A stretch of DNA of 64,000 bases from Dehalococcoidia bacterium (GTDB lineage Bacteria; Chloroflexota; Dehalococcoidia; Lucifugimonadales; UBA3495), in assembly GCA_963668585.1 (NCBI GenBank), contig OY764869.1:1397292-1461291 (forward strand), read 5' to 3'. The translations under genes were made by a program, and so were the position numbers. Below, one piece after another: positions 1-10,500 of the stretch (position 1 is its first letter; each line of letters opens with the position of its first letter). The notes beneath the pieces are model-generated. The model searched no databases, was not told the DNA's origin, and saw only the letters and a program-made list of their open reading frames with translations.

Positions 1-6
1 AGTGGG

Positions 7-972
7 TTGCGCTGGATCTCCCTGATGTGGCTGGGACACGTCCCCTGGGCCGGTCGCCATTGGGCGCTGCCGGTGCTCACCGTGCTGGCGCCCTCGTCCC
101 GGTACCATCAGCAACAAGGACGCCGGCACAAGAAGATCACCGACTGGGCGAGACAGATGGTCATGCAACTGCGTCGCTGGCTGCCCGAACGTCCCCTGGT
201 GTTGGTGGGGGACAACAGCTACGCCGTGCTGGATTTGCTCCACTGCTGCCAGTCCCTCCGTGAACCCGTTACCCTGATCGCGAGACTGCGCCTGGACGCT
301 GCCCTCTACGCGCCAGCGCCGCCTCGTCAGCCGGGTCAGGATGGTCGGCCAGCCCTGAACGGCCCGCGGCGACCCGCGCTGAAAACGCTCCTCGACCAGG
401 CCGACGTAACTTGGTCCAGCGCCGAGGTAGCCTGGTACGACGGCACCATCCGCACGCTGGAACTCACGTCCCAGACGGCGGTGTGGTACCGCTCCGGCAA
501 GCCGCCGGTACTCCTGCGCTGGGTGCTGATCCGAGACCCCCAGGGCATCTTCGACCCCCAGGCCTTGCTGTGCACCGACCCGTCGGCGGACCCGACCCAA
601 ATCCTGGAATGGTTTGTCCTGCGCTGGCAACTGGAAGTCACCTTTCAGGAGGTCAGGACCCACCTGGGCGTCGAGACCCAACGCCAGTGGTCGGACCTGG
701 CCATCGCCCGCACCACGCCGGCTCTGCTGAGCCTTTTCACCTGGACCGCACTGGCCGCCCACGCCTTGCAAAAACAACACTCCATGACCCACCGCAGAGC
801 CGCCTGGTACGACAAACCGTCGCCGACTTTCGTGGACGCCATCGCTCTGGTGCGGCGCCACCTGTGGCTGGCGTCAGAAGGTTTCTCACTGTCGGCCGGC
901 AACTCCGACACGCAGGAACTCCCCGTCGCTCTGTACCACCGACTTGTAGATTCCCTTGCTTACGCCGCTTGA
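7..972 (+). CDS. DDE transposase, IS701/IS4-like; N-terminus probably lies off the window edge
   Basis: ORF-track protein has transposase-like blocks (LVLVGDNSYAV; LRWQLEVTFQEVRTHLGVETQRQW) that I remember from IS701/DDE_5-type transposases. The ORF runs to the window start. Confidence 0.6.
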   Translation: MRWISLMWLGHVPWAGRHWALPVLTVLAPSSRYHQQQGRRHKKITDWARQMVMQLRRWLPERPLVLVGDNSYAVLDLLHCCQSLREPVTLIARLRLDAALYAPAPPRQPGQDGRPALNGPRRPALKTLLDQADVTWSSAEVAWYDGTIRTLELTSQTAVWYRSGKPPVLLRWVLIRDPQGIFDPQALLCTDPSADPTQILEWFVLRWQLEVTFQEVRTHLGVETQRQWSDLAIARTTPALLSLFTWTALAAHALQKQHSMTHRRAAWYDKPSPTFVDAIALVRRHLWLASEGFSLSAGNSDTQELPVALYHRLVDSLAYAA

Positions 973-990
973 AAATGCGCAAAGCCCAGC

Positions 991-1625
991 TTGGCCGTCC
1001 GTCGCCAACACCCCTACATCTGGACCACCTGGCTCCCACGCCTTCTCACCGGCGAGAACAGTTGCGAGTGGAGCGTTTGTTTCAAGGCCCACTACGTCGA
1101 ATGGACCCGCCAACCCTCCGACTTCGACCAAGCCCAGTGGATGCTCGACCACACCGCCCTAGTGAACGAGCGAATCGCAAACTGGACTGTCGGCGGCTTC
1201 GACGTCGAGGCTCAAAACAGGTTTGAACTTCGCCCTAGGACGGCAACTCTGGCCGGAAGGCCGGACATCGTCGCCCACAGGGAAGATGAAGCCGTCATCG
1301 TCGACGCCAAGAAAGCGCCAGCCACACCGTTCAGGTCATGATCTACCTGTACGCCATCCCCAAGGCACTCGAGCGGTTCCGGAACGCCAAGCTCAGTGGC
1401 CAAGTTACCTACCGGGACCACACGGTCCGCATAACGGCGGACTCGGTGAATGACCAGTTCGTACAGAATTTTGGAGTCCTAATTCGTTGGCTCGCGCACG
1501 ACACGCCACCCAGGCGGACGCTGAGTCCGCAGGAGTGCCGGTTTTGTGACATCAGCAACGCCGACTGCCCGGAACGCATGAATATCAACCCCCAAGCGGC
1601 GGAAGGCAACACCGAGGACTTCTAA
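991..1625 (+). pseudogene. Cas4-like PD-(D/E)XK / Fe-S nuclease, paralog copy 1, frameshifted near 1316-1340
   Basis: ORFs 991-1341 and 1338-1625 together align with the intact paralog at 53668-54402 (PYIWTTWLPRLLTGENSCEW...; VMIYLYA; CRFCDISNADCP). The frame breaks between IVDAK and QVMIYLY. Confidence 0.75.
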
Positions 1626-3322
1626 ACTGAACCACCGGCCACACGAACCGCGGTGCTCGCCCCTCCGCCGATGGCACTGCCCTCAACCAGTCGGCCAAAG
1701 AACGGTTGAAATGCAAAAACACGCGTCGGGAGCTCCTGAATCCAGAAACTGAAATCGTCCCATTCTCCATCGGGCAACGGGATAGTACTCTCAATAAAAT
1801 CCGGCCGTCCCTCCAGCACGACGTTTGGGTAGAGCCTCGAGATCACCGTCATGGGAACGACGATGGACCGGCGTTTGAAGTAAATCGTGCTGGCCAACTC
1901 CCGTATGGCGTTCGTTCTAGCATCGGCCAACGACGGCCGGTGCCCCTCCTCGTAGGCGAGATAGATGAGGCCCATCTCTCCAGTGGGTATTTGTTCTACC
2001 GCCTGTATCCACAGGCTCTTGACAGTTTGCAATTTCCTTTGTTTGGCAACCGGAGAATCGCTGGTCCATTTCAACAGAAACGGCAACTCTGCCTGTTCGA
2101 CCACAGGGAAGAGGATATTCTCAGCAACTGCGCAAATTCCGTCGAACTCGTCCAACTCCAAGTCGGTTCCAAACACCCTCTCCAGATAATCAGGGCTGTA
2201 CAAGCGAGTTGGTTCAAACTTGTGCGAGACATCAACAGGCCTCAGGTGAACGGAACCCCATTCCGTCTCCTTGTCTGCGTAGGGGGATAGAGATTTACTA
2301 ACGTCACGGACGACTTCGGCTATCTCCGCCGGCGGAAGGTCTACCATCTCCTGTGTGAATGTGATGGCAAGTTCACCGACCAAACCCAGTTCCTTGCGCT
2401 CGGCGCATAGGCGAGCGAACAACTCCCTCATGACAGAGAATTCCTTTCTCTCGTAGCCAGTAAGCGGTTGCCGGCGCTTGCACTCGATGACCACAGGAAC
2501 CGGCACATCGTACAAACGCAAATCCGGCGTCTTTGTTTGGGGAGTCTCCTCTATGAAAGCCACGTCATGGCCTTTGCGAGCGAAGGACGCAGCGACCAGC
2601 AGCTCGAAAATCCTGGCATCCGTCTCGGTACCAGGTGCTTGACAAAGCTCCTTCAGCTTCGCATCAGCGCCCTTGACCTCCTGTAGAGCCTCCAACGAAA
2701 GCCCAAGGGAGCAAATTTGCGGAATAGCCCTCGCAGCAGTGTACGTGTCCAAATACGGCTCTTTCCGAATATTATCGTCGGCGACGACGAGGTAGTTGGC
2801 GAATTTGTGAAGTGCAGGAAAACCCATGGGCCATCGTTCCCGGCCACATAGGAGCAGAGGTTGTAGGACAGCGTTCCGCTGCTCGTCGCTCACAAGCGAC
2901 TGCTGGTCTAGCCACCAAGAACGGGGCACCCGTGAGAGCAGATTTTCCAAGGCCTCGGGTAGCATCTCATCAATGCTATGCGTCGGAGGTACCGTTCTTG
3001 TCGTAAGATTCTCGCGGTGCCATCGCTGGTCAAGGTGCACGGGTTTCCCAATACGAGGATGTTCGTCTCCGTAGGGAGCCAAAGGCCCATACCTGCGCTC
3101 CAGTTCCGTCGCCACAAGATTCGCCTCTGCCCACTGTGTCGCCGCCTTTGCCCACAGAGCAAAGGCTTCTTCACGGAGACCGTTGTCCCATCCCGCCGCT
3201 TCGGATTGTCTCATTCTCTCGCTCGCCGAATGCGCGAAACTTTCAACGAGACGCGTACACTCTTCGTGTAGTGCCACAAGTTCACTATCGCTTTTGTCCC
3301 CTAGATTTGCTTCTTCAACCAT
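1622..3322 (-). CDS. hypothetical 566-aa protein with a central PD-(D/E)XK-like motif
   Basis: Long ORF in a visibly less GC-rich block. Contains the motif string IFELLVAASF...TPDLRLYD...VVIECKRR (E...D...ExK). Confidence 0.6.
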   Translation of the reverse strand: MVEEANLGDKSDSELVALHEECTRLVESFAHSASERMRQSEAAGWDNGLREEAFALWAKAATQWAEANLVATELERRYGPLAPYGDEHPRIGKPVHLDQRWHRENLTTRTVPPTHSIDEMLPEALENLLSRVPRSWWLDQQSLVSDEQRNAVLQPLLLCGRERWPMGFPALHKFANYLVVADDNIRKEPYLDTYTAARAIPQICSLGLSLEALQEVKGADAKLKELCQAPGTETDARIFELLVAASFARKGHDVAFIEETPQTKTPDLRLYDVPVPVVIECKRRQPLTGYERKEFSVMRELFARLCAERKELGLVGELAITFTQEMVDLPPAEIAEVVRDVSKSLSPYADKETEWGSVHLRPVDVSHKFEPTRLYSPDYLERVFGTDLELDEFDGICAVAENILFPVVEQAELPFLLKWTSDSPVAKQRKLQTVKSLWIQAVEQIPTGEMGLIYLAYEEGHRPSLADARTNAIRELASTIYFKRRSIVVPMTVISRLYPNVVLEGRPDFIESTIPLPDGEWDDFSFWIQELPTRVFAFQPFFGRLVEGSAIGGGASTAVRVAGGSV

Positions 3323-3642
3323 GCTTAATAGTTTCCTAGTTTTCGTTCCAGACAGTCAATTGTCCGAGCGTCGAGTCCCACGACGTTTGGCTACCAGCCA
3401 AAGCGACCGTTGCTATCTGGCGAGTAGTACTCCTCTGATGTTCCGAAAAACCCGGGCACAAGCATTCAATTGCTCCACATTCCATCGATTGGGCACATCC
3501 AAGTACTCATCGAACAGAGAAACCAACGAGTTCGAGGTGGGCGAAGGCGTAACCTAGTTCCCGGTGAGAGGCCTCGCCCCAAAGCAGGCTCCCGTCTCCG
3601 GTGTGAAAAGTCACCTGGAGGATCCCGTCCTCCCGTTGCGCG

Positions 3643-4320
3643 CTAACCGTCTCGTATTTGTTCGCAGAGTCCGCCAGCGCTGTCATGGCTGCCCTCCCGT
3701 AGTTTTGGGTTGCGTTTACCGTGGGCGATTCGGCCCAAGCCCAACTTTACACCAGCAGGTTGAAGACCCTCATGACCGCCTGCTCCCGGAAACATGCGGC
3801 CCGATTCATCGGTCTCCTGCGCACCTTCGTCGAACGTTAACACGCCCAAGCACACCGCAGCCATCACCGCTTCAATGCTCGACCTCACGTCCAGCTTCCG
3901 CCGCGGGTTCGTCGAGTGGTTCCGCACCGTGTGCGGGCTCAGCCCCATCTCAACCACGATGTTCGCAATGTCCCATCCAAGCGCCAAGTAGCGCAGCATC
4001 TCAAGCTCCCGGGCAGTGAGCGGCCCACCGGAATCGAATCCGACGGGTTCAACTCGTGGGCACTCGACCAACTCAACGACGCCATCTACGGCTACGTCGT
4101 ACCCCAGTACACCAAGACCGGGACGCTGCAGTGGGCGGAGGGCAGGGGATCCATCCTCCGCCCTTATAAATTGGGCCACACTGCAGATGCGATGATAGAC
4201 CTGTTGCTGACCAACGGCGACGCTGAACATCGACACTCCGGTGGTACGTCTTGCCCGCAGCTTCGACATGGAACGCCATGCGGGGTTTGTCGACTGAAAC
4301 GACATCAAGATTGCCTTCAA
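3643..4320 (-). CDS. LuxR/GerE-type HTH protein with an atypical long C-terminal tail
   Basis: LTARELEMLRYLALGWDIANIVVEMGLSPHTVRNHSTN matches the GerE HTH pattern. Start and natural stop are uncertain. Confidence 0.5.
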   Translation of the reverse strand: MKAILMSFQSTNPAWRSMSKLRARRTTGVSMFSVAVGQQQVYHRICSVAQFIRAEDGSPALRPLQRPGLGVLGYDVAVDGVVELVECPRVEPVGFDSGGPLTARELEMLRYLALGWDIANIVVEMGLSPHTVRNHSTNPRRKLDVRSSIEAVMAAVCLGVLTFDEGAQETDESGRMFPGAGGHEGLQPAGVKLGLGRIAHGKRNPKLREGSHDSAGGLCEQIRDG

Positions 4321-4418
4321 GATTTGATGGAAGAGAGACTGAAGTTGGGAACCCGCCAGGCATGGCTAATCCTTTGCAGGGGTCGGGATCGCCGGGTGTC
4401 ATGCGGCTGTTACTAACT

Positions 4419-5084
4419 TCAGTACTCGTGCCAAGCATCCCTGATGCCAATTCTCTGTTCGTGGACCCACGTGTCGAAACCTCCGAAATAGCTTGCGATC
4501 ACACCGATGATCCCTTTCAAGCGCTGCATTTCCTCTGCGTCGGGCAACTCACTCAATATCGGGTTCTGGTTCTTTCTGTCAACGGGGTACCGAAAGTTGT
4601 ATGAGCCGGCGTCAATTGCGTCAAACTCCGTGATGCGCTCTTCAATGGCGCTGTAGATCGCGTTACCCTGCTCGAATGCGTCATCGGCGGCGTTCGACTC
4701 ATCGTCGAGTTCAATAAGCAGCGCCTTGACCGGTCGCCATGATTGCATCAATGGGTGACCGGGCAAACTAGCGTCGGCATGCTGAGTTGGTATGTCTTGA
4801 TCCGCGCCTTTCTGTTTCCGAAGTGCTTGCAAGTCAAGCATCAGTCCCTTGAGCCCGACCTCAAGATAATGGCGATAGAGAAACATGATGGGACAGGCGA
4901 TGTACACCTGCTCCAGTCCCAGCAGCAAGCGGTTTGGCAGTCCATCCACCAGCAGGTCTGCTGCGTTTTTATATGAGATCGCCACCATATACCACTGGTC
5001 TTGTACAGAATCCGCATTGCCGACGTCCCACCATTCGTTGCCAGTGATGGGTTCGTACAACTTGCTGTCGTCAAATTCCTGCAT
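4419..5084 (-). CDS. hypothetical 221-aa protein (possible HEPN-like, unverified)
   Basis: ATG at 5084 is preceded by GAAGGAG. The upstream part of the ORF-track ORF is a conserved non-coding leader. LYRHYLEVGLK and SYNFRYP are only weakly suggestive. Confidence 0.55.
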   Translation of the reverse strand: MQEFDDSKLYEPITGNEWWDVGNADSVQDQWYMVAISYKNAADLLVDGLPNRLLLGLEQVYIACPIMFLYRHYLEVGLKGLMLDLQALRKQKGADQDIPTQHADASLPGHPLMQSWRPVKALLIELDDESNAADDAFEQGNAIYSAIEERITEFDAIDAGSYNFRYPVDRKNQNPILSELPDAEEMQRLKGIIGVIASYFGGFDTWVHEQRIGIRDAWHEY

Positions 5085-5118
5085 CACCACAATCGCTCCT
5101 TCGTTGTTGCGTACGCCA

Positions 5119-5244
5119 CCATCCACCGGAAAGATAAGTGTAGCGGCGTGCCGAAGAGGTGAGAAAGTGCTCCTGTGATTTTGTGCCAATTGATTTCCAG
5201 ACAGCAAGCCGACCCCAGACCAGGATCACTCAACAGACGTTACC
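5119..5244 (-). promoter_or_regulatory. conserved ~126-nt 5' leader element, copy 1 (paralog at 39709-39835)
   Basis: By-eye alignment gives ~75-80% identity with 39709-39835. Both copies lie just upstream of minus-strand start codons. Long-range stem GTGCTCCTG/CAGGAGCAC plus a conserved 3' tail CACGCCGC.ACACT.ATCTT.TCCGTGGAT.GG. Confidence 0.5.
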
Positions 5245-5258
5245 ACCCAACGTCATCC

Positions 5259-5348
5259 GAGAAGATTGTGAAACTCAACCGCTGGCACAAAGAAAATGCC
5301 GCTGACTGACGGCGCCGGCCACCGGCCTCTTATGACGGGGGCCGGCCG
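5259..5348 (+). repeat. ~90-nt intergenic repeat with a GC-rich hairpin, copy 1 (paralog at 13862-13949)
   Basis: Shares GAGAA.ATTG.GAAACTCAACCGCTG...GCTGACT.ACG.CGCCGGCC...GGCCG with the element downstream of the adhesin gene. Confidence 0.5.
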
Positions 5349-5505
5349 AAATCCGCCACCGTCTCCGGAACCAAGCAACGCATCCGGGACCAATAGCGGC
5401 CCCTGTTGCTGCTCACAAAAACGCGCATTTAATTCCGCAACGTTCTGAGGAGAACATGCCCGGTGGACGACGGTTCATCGCCCATCCTGGCCTGGACCCA
5501 GCGCG

Positions 5506-7482
5506 TCATGCGGGGGCAGCCACGCCGAAGGCACGCTGCGCCGAAACGTCGCCGGCAAAGCGCTCCTCCAGCAATTCAGCAGGCCCGGACGGCAACGCCA
5601 GCGGAACCGTGAACGTGAATTCCGACCCACGCCCAAACTCCGTTTCCACCGTGAGGTCACCGCCGCCCCGGCGCACGACGTCTGCCGCCAGCGGCAGCCC
5701 CAGCCCCGCCCCCAGAGCGCCGTCGCGAGTGGTGAAGAACGGATTGAAAATGCTGGGCAGCACGTCAGCAGCGATGCCGGTCCCATTGTCGGACACGACC
5801 ACCGCGACCTGTTCGCCCCGCAGGCGGGACGACACCAATAGCCTCGGTCCGTAACCAGCGTCGCCATCAGACTCACGGCGAGCCCGCATGGCGTAACAGG
5901 CGTTGGTAAGGAGGTTGATGACCGCCTCGCTGAAGTCACCCGGCACCATGGCAACCTCGCCCACGCTATTCGACAGATCAAACTCCGGCTCGACAACGAA
6001 GTCGCCCCACTCCGACGCAAACGTGTCGCACCCGACACGCACCGCCCTGATCAGGACCGGGTGCAGATCGCTGAGCGCCGGTTCGCCGCCCACCACACCC
6101 AGCGATTGCATCCGCTGCACGATGGTGAGCGCCCTGACGCCGTTGGTTGTCACCCGCTCCAGGCTGTCGGACAACTCCCCTCGGATGTCATCCAGCAACG
6201 TGCGGTCATCGTCTTCGAGTTGCTCGCGGTAGCCGTCCAGCATCTCGAACAACTCGGTGGAAAGCTCGCCCGAGCCCTCGGAAAAGTTCTTCACGAAGTT
6301 CAGCGGGTTGCTGATCTCATGGGCCACGCCCGAGACGATCTCACCCAACGCAGCCAGCTTCTCCTGCGCAACCAGGCGGACCTGCATGGTCTCCAGCTCC
6401 TCATAGGCCTCCCGCAACTCGCCGTACAGCCGCTCTACGAGATTGAGACGCTGCACCTCGAGCGCCTGCCGCCGGAAGACCTCAAGCGCGCTCGCCAGCT
6501 CGCCGATCTCGTCGGACCCGACCTCCGGCACCCGCGTGTCGAGGTCGCCGGACGCCATGGTCCGCATCCGGACGGACAGCCTCGAAAGGCGCCGCACCAC
6601 CATGTTGCCCACCCAGAGCCACGCCGCCAGGGTGGCGAGCAGCACGCTGAGGGCCGAGATGGCGAACAGCAGCAAACGGCCCCGGTCAAAGCTGGCCAGT
6701 GAACCCTCCAGCGCCTTCGAAGAACGCGCCGAAACCTCGTCAAGCAACTGACCCGCCCGGGCACGCATCAGGGCCGAGCGCTCATCGAAGTCGTCCGACA
6801 GGCCAGCCACGAGTTCACGCGTCCCCAGCCACGACTGGCGGACCGCAAAAACCCCCTCTTCCCCCTCCGCCAATTCGCGGATTTCGCCGGATGGGCCGTC
6901 CGACTCAACAATCACGGAATAATTCGCCCACTCAAGGTCCAACGCCGTCTCCGTCGGAGCCGACAGAGCCGCGTTCAGAACACGGACCGCACCGTAGTCG
7001 GAGGAAGGCAATGACCCGGAACCCAACGCACCGCGCAGCTCTTCGGAACGAAGCCGGAGACGGTGCATGACAGGACCAGCCTCATCAAGTCCTGACAGTA
7101 CGTCTACTGCCGCCCATGCCGACTCCAGCACTCGGTCAGCCGGCACCCGCAGGCCGGGCAGGCCGCCCGGGCGGGACAGCGTCGTCCGGAGCTCCTCCAC
7201 CGGGTGTTCAGCGCCTTCCCGCACCGTGCCGGGCGCGCTGGCTGCCCGAGCGCGTCCTTCCGCAACGCGCGAGATCTCACGCTCGCCGAAGGCGGCCAGC
7301 TTGGCCGTAGCGTCGGAAGCCCGCCAAGCGTCTTCCAGGGCAGGAAAGGACTCGCGGGCCAGCCCGTGGCTGAGATCTCCGCTGCGCTCGAAGTAATAGA
7401 CCCCCACACCGCTCGACAGGAGCGTCAAAAGGACGGCCAATCCCAAGGCCGCGTAGAGCTTCGCGCCAATCCGCCTGAACAT
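5506..7482 (-). CDS. sensor histidine kinase (TM - HAMP - HisKA - HATPase)
   Basis: HAMP-like SGDLDTRVPEVGSDEIGELASALEVF; H-box SGVAHEISNPLNF; ATPase blocks DNGTGI, FNPFFTTR, GLGL. Confidence 0.85.
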   Translation of the reverse strand: MFRRIGAKLYAALGLAVLLTLLSSGVGVYYFERSGDLSHGLARESFPALEDAWRASDATAKLAAFGEREISRVAEGRARAASAPGTVREGAEHPVEELRTTLSRPGGLPGLRVPADRVLESAWAAVDVLSGLDEAGPVMHRLRLRSEELRGALGSGSLPSSDYGAVRVLNAALSAPTETALDLEWANYSVIVESDGPSGEIRELAEGEEGVFAVRQSWLGTRELVAGLSDDFDERSALMRARAGQLLDEVSARSSKALEGSLASFDRGRLLLFAISALSVLLATLAAWLWVGNMVVRRLSRLSVRMRTMASGDLDTRVPEVGSDEIGELASALEVFRRQALEVQRLNLVERLYGELREAYEELETMQVRLVAQEKLAALGEIVSGVAHEISNPLNFVKNFSEGSGELSTELFEMLDGYREQLEDDDRTLLDDIRGELSDSLERVTTNGVRALTIVQRMQSLGVVGGEPALSDLHPVLIRAVRVGCDTFASEWGDFVVEPEFDLSNSVGEVAMVPGDFSEAVINLLTNACYAMRARRESDGDAGYGPRLLVSSRLRGEQVAVVVSDNGTGIAADVLPSIFNPFFTTRDGALGAGLGLPLAADVVRRGGGDLTVETEFGRGSEFTFTVPLALPSGPAELLEERFAGDVSAQRAFGVAAPA

Positions 7483-7579
7483 AAAAATTCCTCACAATGC
7501 GCCGGACAGCCCAAGCCAGCTGCTGAACTCAGGCTTCGCGGCGCGAAACATCCGCCGGAACGGCAGGAAATCAATCCAG

Positions 7580-10500
7580 ATGGTAGTGCAAATCACGAAA
7601 GCCTCGACCGCAGCCGCAATCGCCCTGGTCACGGTCGCGATTGTCGTGACTCAGTCCGCGACGGGCTGGGCCCAGACCAACAGCGCCCCCATCATTGCAA
7701 CACCGTCATCTACCAGCCTGCAGTACCTGTTCCCCCGGGGAGCGGCAACCACGCTGAGTTTCCCATCGGCGCCAGCGACCGACTCCGACGGCGACGACAT
7801 CACGTACCGGTTCGTTTTCACCGTCCCGGACACATCCACGACGGACGAGGACGACACCAGGGAAGTGATCGCGGCCGACGCCCTGTTCACCGTAAACCGG
7901 AACGGCAACGCCTTTGCGTTCGACACGGTCCCGAACGTAACGCCCAAGCAGTTCAACGACCTCTACGGCGACGTCGTGAGCCACACGGTGCTGGTGAAGA
8001 TGTACGCCAACGACGGCGCGCAGGACTCGGAATCCCTGTCATTCAACATCAGGGTTTTCCACGACGCCTCCCCGCAGTTCCACCTGGCAGCCGCCTACCA
8101 GGGCAAGCAACGCTGGACCCTCGACCAGGAGATAACCGTCCACGAGGGCCCCGCCGCCAACGCCGAACTGGCGGCCATAATCCTGGGCGACTACGACGAG
8201 AACGGCCAGCCGCGCCCAGGACAGCCGACCCGCCTGGAGAACGCCGGCGATGCGTTGCAGATACCCTGGACCGCCGCCTCTGCCGGAACCAGAACCTGGA
8301 CCCGGGGCAACCGCGACGGCGCCGCAAACAGCCCAAAGATCGAGTGCCTGGACCACGACGGAGCCACCACCCACACGTGGGACGATGCCGGCAGTGAGGA
8401 CAGCCTCCAGTTCGGACTGGAAACCCCGGCGCAGAACGGGGCGGGACACGTCGCCCTGAAGTTCAGCTCGGAGCCCGACTACGAGAGCCCAGGCGACGAC
8501 GACCAGGACAACACCTACCTGGTCAGGCTGGTCAACGACCACGACATACACGGACTGGGCGACGACGACGCCACGCTGGGTTGTGACGGCTCCGCCGTCG
8601 ACGTCGCCATCACGGTCAAGGACGTTGGCCCACCGGCTCCCATCGAAGATTTCACCGTCACGCTGGAGGAAATGGACGACGGCTACACCGTAAACATGAG
8701 ATGGGACAACACGCGCCTCAATCGTTTCATCGAAAACGGCGATTACGTCGATTTTCCCGACCCATACTTCCCCCCCGACGGTCATCAGGATGGAATATCT
8801 GATCGAAAGGGAAACGCCAACCATCTTGACGCACACCGGAGAGACTGAATTTGACGTCAGCATCAACAGGTCCGCGGAGATCACCGGCATACCGGACACC
8901 AAGTACACGTTTACGCTCACGACCCAGAACTCCGAAGGAACGTCGGACCCCGTCACACAGACCATCAGAGTTCCCTGCCTAATCGAAAGCCCAGCAACGC
9001 CCACCGTCTCCCCAACCGGCCCGACGTCATTGGCCGTCTCATGGACTGACCATCCCAGAGAAGACCTGACCATCACGGGTTATGACATCCAGTTCCGCAA
9101 AGTGGATGCCACTGATTGGATCCTGTGGGACAACCCGTCCCTTGCCGGAACCTCAGACACGATAACCACGCTCGCTCCAAACCAGGAGTATGAGGTCCAA
9201 GTCAGAGCCAATACCACCGATGGAAACAGCGATTGGTCCGAATCGCAAACGGCCACGACCAACGCTTTCAACCCCGTCCTGACCCTGCTGTTTCCCAGAG
9301 GCACACCCAACCAGATCGAATTCTCCGGACCACTGGCCGGTGACCCAGGCGGCGGCGGCGCAACCTACGCCTTCTCCTTCGCACGGCCCGACGAAGAAGA
9401 AAGCCTCACGCCCGCCGAAACGCTCCTCACCGTCGCAGGCCCCGACGCCGACCACAACTTCACCATCAGCATAGCCGACGACGTGGCGCCGTCCCAATTT
9501 CGCACCGTCTACGGGAAAGACAGCAACTCCGTGGACCTCACCGGAACCCTCACCGCTTCAAATACCATCGGGCTTTCGACCGACCTCACTTTCACGATCA
9601 CCGTGACCTACGACGACTCCGCACAGTTCTCCACTCCCGCGGTGCATCAGGGCAACAACCGCTGGATCATTGCCGACCCTTACGAAACCTACGAAGGCAC
9701 GACGGAACTCCCCGAGATCTCCATTCTGTGGACGGCCGTAACGGACGGCCACCGGACCTGGGCGGCTGGCACACCCACCGCCATATCGTTTCAATGCTAC
9801 GACCACGACGGATACCATGCCGCCGAGTGGCCAACCGATGCCGAGAAGGACAGCAACCACTTCACCGTAACCTCACCGGCGCCCTCGACATCAGGCGCCG
9901 TCACCGTCGCGTTCACGTCCGCACCCGACTACGAAGCGCCGGATGACGACGAAGGACACACCACGGTGAACGGCGTTGACGAGCCCAACCCGGGCGACAA
10001 CACGTACCACCTGCGGATCACGAACACCCATGAACTCCACGATTTCGAAGGCGAGGTCGGCGAACTTGGCTGCGACGGATCCGCCGTCGACCTCACCATC
10101 ACGGTGAAAGACGTGGGGCCACCCGAAAAGCCCACGATCACGCAGGCCGAGTTCGACCCAAACGACGGCACGCAGATCAACCTGGCCTGGACGGAACCGA
10201 CCACGTTCGACGAAACGGGCGTCTCAGTAGACTTCCCCAGCTCGGATTTCCACGTCGCCAAATACCGATACCGCCACCGATCAACTTCCGAACAGACCTG
10301 GAGTCCGGAGCGCGAGACCACTTCCACCGCCGTGACAATAGCCGGCCTGGCGAACGACGACTACGTCGTGAGCGTCCAGGCCGTCAACTCCGAGGGAGAC
10401 AGCGACTGGACGCAGACGACCGTCAGAACGCAGCAAAACCGTCCGCCGACCATCACCACCGACACCTCCGGCAGAAACATCTTCTACAAGTTCCCCGACG

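Noticed and set aside
7204-8397. 397-aa plus-strand ORF spanning the kinase 5' end and the adhesin start
   Set aside because: It is an Arg/Pro-rich off-frame product that overlaps two well-supported genes on both strands.
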